A stretch of DNA of 64,000 bases from Octopus bimaculoides (GCF_001194135.2 NC_068997.1:52754814-52818813); one strand, 5' to 3'. Shown: positions 13,520 to 25,660, numbered from the stretch's first letter. Numbers and translations: made by a program. Notes: generated from the letters alone by a model not told the origin.

Positions 13520-14229
13520 GTTACTGAGATCATGACATTTCCCTGAATGGGACGCTGGTCTAGGTTCAAAGACAGCAATTTTGAATGCAGCCATAATCCC
13601 TGCCTTCAGTTCATTTGCGGTGTTACAAGAAGTTTTGTTGGTCTCTTACTCAGCTCTGCCCCACGCATAATAATCAAGGGTGTTGCAGTCTGGGGAGTTA
13701 GGTGGCCATATGTTAGGGCTGATGTGGTCGCAGAAATTGTCTGACAGCCATGACTGGGTTCTCCTGCTTGTGTGGCAGGGTGCAGAGTCCTGTTGCCAGA
13801 CATAGGGTCTTCCAGCTCCTGCCCTTTTGACCCAGAGCAGCATTATTTCTTCCAGGCACTTGATGAAGCCTCCGTTTTGAGTGTGAGGCCGTGTGGAAAG
13901 ATGAATGGAGGCATAACGTCGCCATTACTAGAGATCACTCCAAACACCATGATGTTGACTTGATGTTTGATTTTTATCACTCTCGGGACATGCCCTCAGA
14001 TTGACACCCAAACACTCTGAAATGTTTGTATTGGAGCTTCCGGTGTGAATGCTAGGCTGTACAGCATGTCGTTTCCTAATTTCTGGCAGAGTGAATTGTA
14101 TTATGGTGCTAGTTTTCTCACAGATGGTGCCCAACTGACCCTACTATACTGTGTAGTCAACAAAAACAAACAACACACATGTGCGAAATTAAAAATATAA
14201 AATGGCAACAATTTACCCATCACGCTCTG
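13520..14229 (-). mobile_element. Tc1/mariner-superfamily DD37D (maT-type) transposon, internally deleted and frameshifted
   Basis: Minus-strand peptides ISECLGVNL (N-terminal HTH region), VMPPFIFPHGLTL and YVWQQDSAPCH...IWPPNSPDCNTLDY, with 37 residues between the second and third catalytic Asp. Terminus TA|CAGAGCGTGATGGGTAAATTG at 14229. Confidence 0.85.
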
Positions 14230-14568
14230 TATACATGTGTATGTGTATGTATGGTATACATGTGTATGTGTTTGTATGTTTGTATGTCATAAAGAAAATG
14301 TGATGTGAAGACGGGGCCAGCTCCTTGTCTTCAGCCTCAGCTGACCACTGGTGTCTGACCTGTAGCAGGGCCTTTCAAGCATGCATTAGGATGATTGGCC
14401 ACAGTTGGATACACCGTTACTCACTTTCTTCTCCCATGTAATATCCTTCGTCATCTATTGACAACAGACAAACAGACATTATGATGTGTGTGTTTGTATG
14501 TACACATCTATCTATATATATATATGTATGTATGTGTGTATCTCACCTGTTGCTTCTCTCTATTTCAG

Positions 14569-14665
14569 CCGAACACCAATTTGTATGGCGTTCACCCCTT
14601 CTACCTGAATATGGAGGATGACAACAATGCCCATGGTGTGTTCCTTCTGAATAGCAATGCAATGC
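14569..14665 (+). CDS. GAA: GAA-like exon (equivalent to human exon 5)
   Basis: tttcag/gtaagt. [32 protein letters not shown], the conserved NLYG-HPFY...[11 protein letters not shown] motif. 97 nt, phase 0 to 1. Confidence 0.97.
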
Positions 14666-14699
14666 GTAAGTCTTACGAACCCCACTCTTCTTATTTTTG

Positions 14700-15140
14700 T
14701 TCATTCTTGTCATTGTTGTTGTTCTTCTTCTTCTCCTTCCTCCTTTTCCTTCTCCTCTTTCCTTTTCCTTCTCCCCTTCCTCTTCCTTTTCCTACCTCTT
14801 CCTTTTCCTTCTCCCCTTCCTCTTCCTTTTCCTTCCTCTTCCCTTTCCTTCTCCTTCCTTTCCTTCTCTTCCTTCTCCTTCCTCTTCCTTTTCCTTCCTC
14901 CTCTTCCTTCTCCTCCTTCCTCATCCTTCTTCCTTCTCTTTCCTCTTCTTTCTCTTTCCTTCTCCTTCCTCTTCCTTCCTTCGCCTCCTTCTCCTTCCTC
15001 CACCTCCTTTTCCTTCCTCCTCTTCCTCTTCTCCTTCCTCCTCTTCCTCTTCTCCTTCCTCTTCTCCTTCCTCTTCCTTCTTCCTCCTCTTCCTTCTCCT
15101 TCCTCTTCCTTCTCCTTCCTCTTTCTTCTCCTTCCTCTTC
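14700..15140. repeat. Long polypyrimidine/polypurine low-complexity tract ((CTT/TTCC)n-like)
   Basis: About 440 nt almost entirely C/T on the plus strand. Confidence 0.95.
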
Positions 15141-15165
15141 AGTATTCGTCTATCAAATCTACTCA

Positions 15166-15240
15166 CAAGGCATTGGTCAGTTCAAGGCATTGGTCAGTTC
15201 AAGGCATTGGTCAGTTCAAGGCATTGGTCAGTTCAAGGCT
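15166..15240. repeat. 17-bp tandem repeat x4 inside a SINE family 1 fragment
   Basis: caaggcattggtcagtt repeated four times, plus caaggct. Confidence 0.92.
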
Positions 15241-15394
15241 ACATGAGAAGACACTGGCTGAAGTACTACACCATGAGGTAGTACTTGAGACTACTGGCTT
15301 AAAGATTGAACTCTATATCCCACTCTCCTTTGTCTTTGAACTGCCCTAAATGCTTTTGTGGCCCTTGTGCCAATAAAGTATTCTTTATGATTAT

Positions 15395-15720
15395 TATTGT
15401 GTGGAGAAATCAGAGCAGATGGGTTGGACATGTTGTTTGCATGCAAGATTCTTTTGTCAGGACAAGTAGAGAGATTCCACAGTAAAGGAGGGCCCGTCCG
15501 TAGGTATAAAAATAGGTTGAAGCAATCATTAAAAATCTCCACAGGTTAATTTGACATCTTGGGAAAGTTATCGTCTAGATTGGTCTGATTGGCGAAAGAT
15601 GTGTCTTGATGTATCTAAACAATTTGAGTTGAAGAAACAGAGCAATGAAAGAATTATCTCCTGCAACCAACGGCCACGTTTGTGCAGTCGCAGGTAAAAT
15701 CAGAACCCTCAGTGTTCCCC
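15395..15720 (+). mobile_element. RTE-clade LINE, decayed 3' ORF fragment
   Basis: Frame-broken peptides SRWVGHVVCM, GGPVRRYKNRLKQSLK and SWESYRLDWSDWRKMC match the RTE RW-x-GHV-x-RM...G-x-P-x-x-R-Y-K-D...W...DR-x-x-WR C-terminal pattern. Confidence 0.75.
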
Positions 15721-15927
15721 ATTGTGACTCCATAGAAAAATCCCATTTCTGGATTCAAATTACATTCACGCATCCATCACAAATAAGATGCAGCTTCTTT
15801 TATTTTTAATCCTTATTTTTTAAAAATCCTTTCCTTCAAACACTCATTCATCAAAGTCGACAGGAATGACCATCATCATCATCATCATCATCATCGTCGT
15901 CATCATCATCATCATTATTATTATTAT

Positions 15928-15959
<32 letters not shown>

Positions 15960-17569
15960 TTGTTTCTTGAACCGTTTGTGTATTTATTCCATGCCATTTT
16001 GTAATGAATGGCTTGGAAAGAAGTTTATTCTGTTACAAGCCACCACCACCATCACCACCATCATCAAAAGACAACACAGTGAGAGAAAGAACTGCCACAT
16101 GGTTGCTTGGCTTGCTAGAAATAGCAGTCAAATCTCCCTTAAATCCCTGCGTACCATCATGAAATTGGAGACGTCGGATATTGAAATTCCACATTCTCTG
16201 TACATAAGGAAATGACAGCATAATCTTGGACTAGAATGCCTTTGATCATCGAACTATTCAGTGAGCATTGACCCTGGGTTAAACAACAACAACAACAGCA
16301 TCAGACAATTTCTTCCATTTCCTTGTGTTATTTTACCTCCCGCAAGACACACAAAACTATAGATCCATCTTGTTCTTCCTCAGAGACTTACCATTAAGCT
16401 TGGCTATATTCTGTTCAGCAGAAACTCTTTGTAGCAGTCTTAAAGCGTTCTTCGTTGTGGAACTACCAATTACAGATGGAATCAGTAAAAATAATCAATA
16501 CACACTGATAGACTAACACGGTGCTGTTTTACCGTTTCAGTTTTGTTCTTCGCTTTGTGAAATTTTATAGGTTTTGTTGTTGTTTATGTTGTTGTTGTTG
16601 GCTTCATCTACAAACAAGTTTGATTAATGTATTTCATACATATGGACAGTAACACTCATCTATACACACACATACACACTCATATACACATGTAGACACA
16701 TCAACACACACACACACACACACACACACAGGCATATATATATATCATGTACTGTGTATGAACAATCACACAGACTCGCACACATATACATCTCTATGTG
16801 CACATATATGTATATATGTTTGTGTTTGTTTGTGTGTGTGTGTGTATCATCATCATCACCATCATTTAATGTCTGCTTTCAATACTGGCATGGGTTCGAC
16901 AATTTGACAGGAGCCAGCGAGATGCAAAGTGGCTTCGAGCTCAGATGTCATCTTCGGCATGGCTTCTACAGCTGGACGCTCTTCCTGATGCCAACCAACC
17001 CAAGAGTGTAATGAGTGATTTTTACGTGCCACTGGCACAAGTGAGGTTGCTGTGTCACTTGCAAGACAGAAAAAGAAGAGGTGGGTGGGGCGGGGGAGGA
17101 AAAGGGAAGAGCCTTTCACTGCTAAGAGGAAGTATTTGGGAGGGGAAGGTGGAGGTGGTTGGCTTTTGTGCCCCGTGTTGAAAGGTGAGAATGTGAGAAA
17201 GGGTCGAGCACAGGTGTCTTGCTATAGAGGAGGTACACGGCCCGGAAGGGTTTAAAAAGAAGGTAGTGATGGGGNNNNNNNNNNNNNNNNNNNNNNNNNN
17301 NNNNNNNNNNNNNNNNNNNNNNNNNNNNNNNNNNNNNNNNNNNNNNNNNNNNNNNNNNNNNNNNNNNNNNNNNNNNNNNNNNNNNNNNNNNNNNNNNNNN
17401 NNNNNNNNNNNNNNNNNNNNNNNNNNNNNNNNNNNNNNNNNNNNNNNNNNNNNNNNNNNNNNNNNNNNNNNNNNNNNNNNNNNNNNNNNNNNNNNNNNNN
17501 NNNNNNNNNNNNNNNNNNNNNNNNNNNNNNNNNNNNNNNNNNNNNNNNNNNNNNNNNNNNNNNNNNNNN

Positions 17570-17641
<72 letters not shown>

Positions 17642-18090
17642 TGGCATGGTTGTGAGGTTAAGAAGTTTCCACTGTGTGGCACCTTAGGCAAGTGACTTCT
17701 ACTACAGCTTTGGGCTGACCAAAGCCTTGTGAGTGTATTTGGTGGAAACTGAAAGAAGCTCATTGTGTGTGTGTATTACATGCACACATTTCTAATCATT
17801 CATCTTGTCAGCTGGCAGAATCATTGCCATGTTGGTAATATGTTTAGCAGCATCTTTTTGGTTCTTTATGCTGAGTTCAAATTCCCCTAAGATCAACTTT
17901 TCTTTTCATCCTTTCAGAGTTGATAGAGCAAGTACCATTTGAGCCCTGGGGTTGTTGTGATTAATTAGCCCACCCTCCCCTGTCTCCTGAAAATTTCTGG
18001 CCTTGTGCTAAAATTTGAACTTAAAAATTATTTCTCCTTGCGAATGTATAAAAATGTTTCTCTTATTATAATTTGATGTTTTTTTTGCAG

Positions 18091-18329
18091 AAATTGACTT
18101 CCAGCCTCAGCCTTCCATCACGTACCGTACGATGGGAGGAGTCCTAGATTTCTACGTGTTTACCGGACCCACACCAAATGCCGTTGTCCAGCAGTATACG
18201 GAACTGATTGGTCGACCCTTCATGCCCCCTTATTGGTCTCTTGGATTTCACCTCTGTCGTTGGGGTTACAATAATTCTGCTACTATGAAAACCGTCATCA
18301 AAAGAATGAGAGATTCCAAAATACCATAT
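18091..18329 (+). CDS. GAA: GAA-like exon (equivalent to human exons 6+7 fused)
   Basis: ttgcag/gtaagt. (Q)IDFQPQPSITYRTMGGVLDFYVFTGPTPNAVVQQYTELIGRPFMPPYWSLGFHLCRWGYNNSATMKTVIKRMRDSKIPY. 239 nt, phase 1 to 0. Confidence 0.97.
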
Positions 18330-18466
18330 GTAAGTTACAGTTTCCAAATCCTTTTTTTCTGCTTCCCTCTAAATTCACCTTCTTCTCCTGAAGGGTACTC
18401 TCCCTATTGACACTTCATCATCACTATCTTTTTGTTTGCTTCTTTTTCCAGTAGGGGTAGCTATGT

Positions 18467-18852
18467 TATTGTTGGCACTCCGTCGCTTACGATGTCAAGG
18501 GTTCCAGTTGATCCGATCAACGGAACAGCCTGCTCGTGAAATTAACGCGCAAGTGGCTGAGCACTCCACAGACACGTGTACCCTTAACATAGTTCTCGGG
18601 GATATTCAGCGTGACACAGTGTGACAAGGCTGACCCTTTGAATTACAGGTACAACAGAAACAGGAAGTAAGAGTGAGAGAAAGTTGTGGTGAAAGAGTAC
18701 AGCAGGCTTCGCCACCATCCCCTGTTGGAGCCTCGTGGAGCTTTAGGTGTTTTCGCTCAATAAACACTCACAACGCCCAGTCTGGGAATCGAAACCGTGA
18801 TCCTATGACCACGAGTCCGCTGCCCTAACCACTGGGCCATTGTGCCTTCATT
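18467..18852 (-). mobile_element. Young full-length tRNA-derived SINE with 13-bp target-site duplication
   Basis: Minus-strand head tggcccagtggttagggcagcgg (A box) and ggtttcgattccc (B box). Flanked by ggggtagctatgt at 18454-18466 and 18853-18865; retains many CpGs. Confidence 0.82.
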
Positions 18853-19274
18853 GGGGTAGCTATGTATCTCTTCCATAACAAGACATCTGTTCTTGTCCCT
18901 GCTATCTTACATTAGCCCCTCATCACCTGGCATAAGCCCAATCTTCTCTAAATACTACAACCTGCCTTCACATGTTAAAATGTTTGACTTAACATGGGAA
19001 AACCACTGTGGAGGGGAAATTAAATGTTGTAGTAGAATACCAGATATTTCTTCAGATCTATGTAGAACTGTGCAAGTGAATTCATACTGGAAGAGATGCT
19101 TTTCTGAAGCCATTCAGTGTGTTGTTGTTGTTGTTGTTGATACTGCTGCTGTTGTTATTGTTGTTGTTGTCAAAGCACTTTTTTTCTTCTCTGTTATCAA
19201 CAGAGAAAATATCAATATCATTTTTGTGGGGCTTCACATCAATATACATACATATATGCATACTTACATATGTA

Positions 19275-19318
<44 letters not shown>

Positions 19319-19776
19319 NNNNNNNNNNNNNNNNNNNNNNNNNNNNNNNNNNNNNNNNNNNNNNNNNNNNNNNNNNNNNNNNNNNNNNNNNNNNNNNNNN
19401 NNNNNNNNNNNNNNNNNNNNNNNNNNNNNNNNNNNNNNNNNNNNNNNNNNNNNNNNNNNNNNNNNNNNNNNNNNNNNNNNNNNNNNNNNNNNNNNNNNNN
19501 NNNNNNNNNNNNNNNNNNNNNNNNNNNNNNNNNNNNNNNNNNNNNNNNNNNNNNNNNNNNNNNNNNNNNNNNNNNNNNNNNNNNNNNNNNNNNNNNNNNN
19601 NNNNNNNNNNNNNNNNNNNNNNNNNNNNNNNNNNNNNNNNNNNNNNNNNNNNNNNNNNNNNNNNNNNNNNNNNNNNNNNNNNNNNNNNNNNNNNNNNNNN
19701 NNNNNATATATGCATATATATATATGTATATATATGTGCAGTAATTTTTATATATATACACAGTACTATATATATA

Positions 19777-20347
19777 CAGCAATACCTCACTTTACGAGGA
19801 CCCACTTTACAAAACCCTGGGATTACGAATTTTACTTTCCAGCTCACTTTTGTATGGTGAACTGAAATTTTTCAAGTGCATGATCCAAATTTTGAACAAA
19901 GTGCAAAAGTTCCTGCTATCATAACTAATGCTTCTGCGTGTCACTGAGAAATCTATAGAGTGAAAAAAATGCTTCTTCTAAGCAAGCAACTCTAGACTTG
20001 TTTTTTTAAAAGAAATCTACAAGTCTGTCTATGAGTGCTTGTGAATTGGCAATCACATCTACAAGTGATGGTGTGTGCAAGTCTTGTGCAAGTGAAAGTA
20101 ATTCAGAAGACGATTATAATAATATTTATTTTTTTATTATAAATGATCTCTACATTCTTTTTATTCTGCATAAAATATTCTTTACTGTTGTTTTATTACC
20201 ATTTATTTACGAGTATTATAAATTTTATGAGCAGAATCTTTTACTGGGAACGAATTATGATTTAAAACATTACTTCTATGGGAAATTATTGCTCTGCTTT
20301 GTGAGCAGTCTTCAGGAACAAATTAACTCATATGTCAAGGCATATTG
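19777..20347. mobile_element. Tigger/pogo-like non-autonomous DNA transposon relic
   Basis: TA|cagcaatacctcactttacgag at the left and ctcatatgtcaaggcatattg|TA at the right (imperfect terminal inverted repeats). Tigger-like ggaacgaattatga...cattacttctatgggaaa subterminal segment. Confidence 0.55.
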
Positions 20348-20945
20348 TATATATATATATATATATTCTCTGTTTCTCTGGGGTTTTTTTCCCTTCTCTC
20401 CATCTGTTTTCCATCTTCATTCATTTCTGTAGAAGAGCATAGGCTCAAAATATCAAAAACTTCTTCCTTTTTTTCCTCAGTGTCAAAACAAATACACTCT
20501 GTTTGTTGTTCCCTCACTTGTCTCAGTCTTGTTTTTTTGTATCATTTGAATTATTGAATTACAGATGTATGTGTGTGTGCGTAGGTATACACATTTAGGT
20601 GTTTGTATGTGTATCTGTGTGCACACACGTACACATTTGAATATGCACTCATACATATATAAACAAAGGCAAGCTTATGCACACACATATGTACACACAT
20701 GCTTACTTATACACCTGATTGCACACATACAGACACATACACATATTGACACACAAATACATATCCACATACATACATATGCACCTGTACATATACACAT
20801 ATACATACACACACACACACACACATTTACCCTCATAACATAGCCACTGCATACACCCATATATGTACATACATGTACAAATAGATACAGTCACATAATA
20901 TATAGACACATATATATACACACACATGTACAGATACCATATGTT

Positions 20946-20982
<37 letters not shown>

Positions 20983-21028
20983 CATAATGCAGTGTTTATT
21001 TATGGTATTGCCAATAATCTGATTTCAG

Positions 21029-21160
21029 GATGTCCAGTGGAATGATATTGATTCAATGGAGAAGAAGCTGGACTGGACCTATGACCACAACCTGTTTGCT
21101 GATTTACCAGAGATCGTGAAAGACCTCCACGCCCATGGCCAACATTACATAATGATTGTG
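21029..21160 (+). CDS. GAA: GAA-like exon, catalytic barrel (equivalent to human exon 8)
   Basis: tttcag/gtgagt. DVQWNDIDSMEKKLDWTYDHNLFADLPEIVKDLHAHGQHYIMIV. 132 nt, phase 0 to 0. Confidence 0.96.
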
Positions 21161-21389
21161 GTGAGTTTGCAGACCACTTTATCATTTATAATTCACAATC
21201 ATTCTCTCTCTCTCTCTGCCTGAGTGTCTTTGTAGACATGTTTGTATATTTTTAATGTGCTGATGTATGGTTTTTTTTAAATTTCTTTATTATGTTTGTT
21301 GGCCAACCATGGCAGAATGGTTAAAAAGTTTGCTTGGCAATTGTTAGGTCTGGGGTTTGAAGTGAATTTATAGTCAGCACCATTCTTTA

Positions 21390-23000
21390 GGAATGGGTTC
21401 ACTGGACGGTTTCTTGGGGCCTCATCGGTCTTGGAGCTTGGTGATGATCTATGTATGTTGTGGTTTTCTATAAAGAAATACTATAAGGCTTAACGCATTC
21501 ATTTTTCTGGAGGACCACATTGGTTTAGGAGCCTGATAGTGGCTTGCTATCAGGAAAATTGTTAAAGGGCCCAATGCATTGATTTTCTTGGGAGGGGAGG
21601 GCTCACAGGTCTAGGGTTCTAATTACGAGCTATATATGTTTTGTGGCTTGCTATCAATAAATAAATATTAAAGNNNNNNNNNNNNNNNNNNNNNNNNNNN
21701 NNNNNNNNNNNNNNNNNNNNNNNNNNNNNNNNNNNNNNNNNNNNNNNNNNNNNNNNNNNNNNNNNNNNNNNNNNNNNNNNNNNNNNNNNNNNNNNNNNNN
21801 NNNNNNNNNNNNNNNNNNNNNNNNNNNNNNNNNNNNNNNNNNNNNNNNNNNNNNNNNNNNNNNNNNNNNNNNNNNNNNNNNNNNNNNNNNNNNNNNNNNN
21901 NNNNNNNNNNNNNNNNNNNNNNNNNNNNNNNNNNNNNNNNNNNNNNNNNNNNNNNNNNNNNNNNNNNNNNNNNNNNNNNNNNNNNNNNNNNNNNNNNNNN
22001 NNNNNNNNNNNNNNNNNNNNNNNNNNNNNNNNNNNNNNNNNNNNNNNNNNNNNNNNNNNNNNNNNNNNNNNNNNNNNNNNNNNNNNNNNNNNNNNNNNNN
22101 NNNNNNNNNNNNNNNNNNNNNNNNNNNNNNNNNNNNNNNNNNNNNNNNNNNNNNNNNNNNNNNNNNNNNNNNNNNNNNNNNNNNNNNNNNNNNNNNNNNN
22201 NNNNNNNNNNNNNNNNNNNNNNNNNNNNNNNNNNNNNNNNNNNNNNNNNNNNNNNNNNNNNNNNNNNNNNNNNNNNNNNNNNNNNNNNNNNNNNNNNNNN
22301 NNNNNNNNNNNNNNNNNNNNNNNNNNNNNNNNNNNNNNNNNNNNNNNNNNNNNNNNNNNNNNNNNNNNNNNNNNNNNNNNNNNNNNNNNNNNNNNNNNNN
22401 NNNNNNNNNNNNNNNNNNNNNNNNNNNNNNNNNNNNNNNNNNNNNNNNNNNNNNNNNNNNNNNNNNNNNNNNNNNNNNNNNNNNNNNNNNNNNNNNNNNN
22501 NNNNNNNNNNNNNNNNNNNNNNNNNNNNNNNNNNNNNNNNNNNNNNNNNNNNNNNNNNNNNNNNNNNNNNNNNNNNNNNNNNNTGATTTTCTTGGGAGGG
22601 GAGGGCTCACAGGTCTAGGGTTCTAATTACGAGCTATATATGTTTTGTGGCTTGCTATCAATAAATAAATATTAAAAGGCTCAATGCATTGATTTTCTTG
22701 GGAGGGGAGGGCTCACAGGTCTAGGGTTCTAATTACGAGCTATATATGTTTTGTGGCTTGCTATCAATAAATAAATATTAAAGGGCTCAATGCATTGATT
22801 TTCCTTGGGGATGTCATGGGTCTAGGGGTCTGACTGTGGCTTGCTGTCAAGAAATAAATACCATGGGGCCCAATGCATTGATTTTTCTGGTGCCCTCATT
22901 GGTCTAGGGCCCCGATTCTGATCTATGTATGCTATGGATTACTGTCAACAAATAAATGCTTACAGAGCCCAGTGCATTGATTCGCCTGGGGTCCTATAAT
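21390..23000. repeat. Minisatellite, about 106-bp core unit, spanning a 910-N gap
   Basis: Unit start tgatttt recurs at 21580, 22584, 22690 and 22796 (period 106 after the gap). Degenerate units of about 83 and 99 bp follow at 22879 and 22978, and others lie upstream of 21580. Confidence 0.9.
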
Positions 23001-23373
23001 GCTGTTATGATGATTCTGTAGTACCTTGGGTGGATATTTTCTGCCCGTGCCCCAGGTTGGGGCAGAGGTGAGGTTAGTCTTGTGGATGAAATTGTGTAGA
23101 AAGAAACTTTACTTGAAGTGTATCAAACAGACTGTTGTTGCAATTAAAGGTGACAGTCATGCAGAAATACAGCAATGGAAAGGTCAATGGTACATATGTC
23201 AGATACCTGTAGGATACTTAACCACACTACAACATAAGATGGTCTGTTGTGATTGAAAAGACCACCAGTTGTCTTCAGATCTCAGAAGACATTACTTTGT
23301 GACAAACTAGGAATTTTTTTTTAAATTCTTGTCTGACTTAGTTTTTTTTTTTCTTTCTTTACCTGACAATCAG

Positions 23374-23487
23374 GATGGTGCAATTAGCAGTCAGCAACCA
23401 AAGGGAACATATCCTCCTTATGATAATGGTCTCGTTGATGGAGTTTTCATAATAGACCCTGAAGATGGCAAACCTTTGGTTGGTCAA
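23374..23487 (+). CDS. GAA: GAA-like exon (equivalent to human exon 9)
   Basis: aatcag/gtaagt. [38 protein letters not shown]. 114 nt, phase 0 to 0. Confidence 0.94.
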
Positions 23488-24277
23488 GTAAGTTAACCAT
23501 TTTATTTTTTCAACTTTTGTTTTGTATTGATTTTTTTCTTTTATTTTATGTTCATTTTATTTTTCATATTAGAAAAGTCTTTTATCACAGAAACAGATTT
23601 TTGAAAATATAAAGGGTCCTGGTTAAGTTATTGTTGGTGATTGAGGGTTCTAGACCCAGTTTATTGCAGAGAATGAGATTTCTTTCATCCGGAAGGTGTT
23701 ATATCTGGGTCCTTTTGAGGGCCCTTAGGAATGGGGATATATGTGTGTGTGTGTAGGTGTGGCTGTGTGGTAAGAAGTTTGCTTCTCAACCTCATGGTTC
23801 CGGGTTCAGTCTTACTGTATAACACCTTGGGCAAGTGTCTTCTACTATAGCCACTGATCGACCCCAGGATTTATTCTTTGTAAGCCTAGTACTTATTCTG
23901 CCAGTCTTTTTTGCTGAACCGCTAAGTTACAGGGACGTAAACACACCTACATTGGTTGTCAAGTGATGGTGGGGAGGGGACAAACACAGACACACACACA
24001 CACACGTATAAATATATATCGTCCAACCCATGCTAGCATGGAAAGCAGACGTTAAACGATGATGACGATGATATATCTGCACACACAACAGGCTTCTTTC
24101 AGTTTCCGTCTACCGAATCCACTCATAAGGCTTTGGTTGGCCTGAAGCTATAGAAGACACTTACCCAAGGTACCAAGCTGTGGGACTGAATCCTGCACTA
24201 TATACATACACATATATGTATATATGTATATTATATAAATAATAGTTTACTGATCTGTTAATGTAAATACAAGCTAT

Positions 24278-24421
24278 CAGTAGTTTCTTGCTGTGAAGAC
24301 ACATGTCTCGGTAGCTTTTTATAACATGCCCTGTATCTCCAGTGCCTAAAGATTGCTTGGAGATAATAGGCATGTTACAAAAGCCTGCCTAGACACGTGT
24401 CTTCACAGCAAGAAACTATTG
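24278..24421. repeat. Long imperfect inverted repeat (hairpin)
   Basis: tagtttcttgctgtgaagacacatgtct ... agacacgtgtcttcacagcaagaaacta arms, with further internal pairing (ataacatgcc/ggcatgttac, tatctcca/tggagata). Confidence 0.9.
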
Positions 24422-24451
24422 GCAGTCTTTCTCTTTATACTGTGTACAACA

Positions 24452-24455
<4 letters not shown>

Positions 24456-24516
<61 letters not shown>
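24456..24516. repeat. (TA)n microsatellite
   Basis: Uninterrupted TA run. Confidence 0.98.
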
Positions 24517-24519
<3 letters not shown>

Positions 24520-25547
24520 AACAAAGATATTTTATTCCACACACACACACACACACACATGTATATGTGTGTGTGTGTGATATTGAAGACAGTTTAAGCT
24601 TTCTTATTGAGATTTTCTCATATTCCTATTAAAACTTGTTTGGAATAATAAATTTCCTCACATCTAAAGATCTTTCTGGATTTGGCTTCTGTCTGAACTG
24701 ATATTAGTGATGCTTGGCATTATTATTACCGTTTTATTGTTAAAGAGAATTATTGGAATCGTGTGTCTATTTTCTATATTTATTATCATTATTATGGTTT
24801 ATATTTATCGTCTGGTGATGTCAGTTTTCGTTTCGTTACCAGGAAATAGTTTTGACCATGTCATTGTTTGGTGTTTGTTTATTCCTAGAATCTGCTGTGT
24901 TGAGTTTTGCATCATGTGTTGTTTCTATTAATATAGCGCTAACCATTAATCTGCCAGCATAGATAATGGTGTATCATAGAGTTCTAAAAATCTGGGATGG
25001 TCCTGGCTGGAATGCCTTTGGTCATAGGTCTGCTCAATCAGGGCTGATTTATGACTAAAGAACAACACGTTTATTAACCGTGCGCTCACACTCACACAAG
25101 TATGCATGTATGCACATACATAATATATATATGCACACAGCTACGTACACATATATATACACATATACACACACATCTACACACACACACATGCATACAT
25201 AAATATACATACTCACAAATACACACATACATACATACACAAATACACACATACATACACACTCACAAGTATACGTGTATGCACATACATAATATATATG
25301 CACACAGCTACGTTCAACAAAAGAGATTGATAGAATAAGTACCAGGCTTTAAAAATATATATAATAAATATGTACTGTGGTGGATTCATTTGACTGAGAC
25401 CATTGAGAGGCAGTGCTCCAGCAAGGCCACGGGCCAGCAATTGAAACAAAAGATTAAGGATAAAGATATATGCATGCTGTGCAGTGGGACTGAACCCAAT
25501 TCCACATGGTTGGGAAGCAAGCTTCTTGACTACATAGCCTCACCTGC

Positions 25548-25579
<32 letters not shown>

Positions 25580-25612
25580 AAACAGAAACACAGGCATGTA
25601 TATGCACTAATG

Positions 25613-25660
<48 letters not shown>

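Noticed and set aside
14657-15349. E/K/R-rich and S/F/L/P-rich ORFs
   Set aside because: Artefacts of the polypyrimidine tract.
16398-16470. Minus-strand exon-like segment (STTKNALRLLQRVSAEQNIAKLN) ending at a gtaagt donor
   Set aside because: Weak acceptor, no partner exons and no recognisable family.
21560-22800. Regular repeats that might suggest a CRISPR array
   Set aside because: Units are directly tandem without unique spacers, in a eukaryotic intron with no cas genes; it is a minisatellite.
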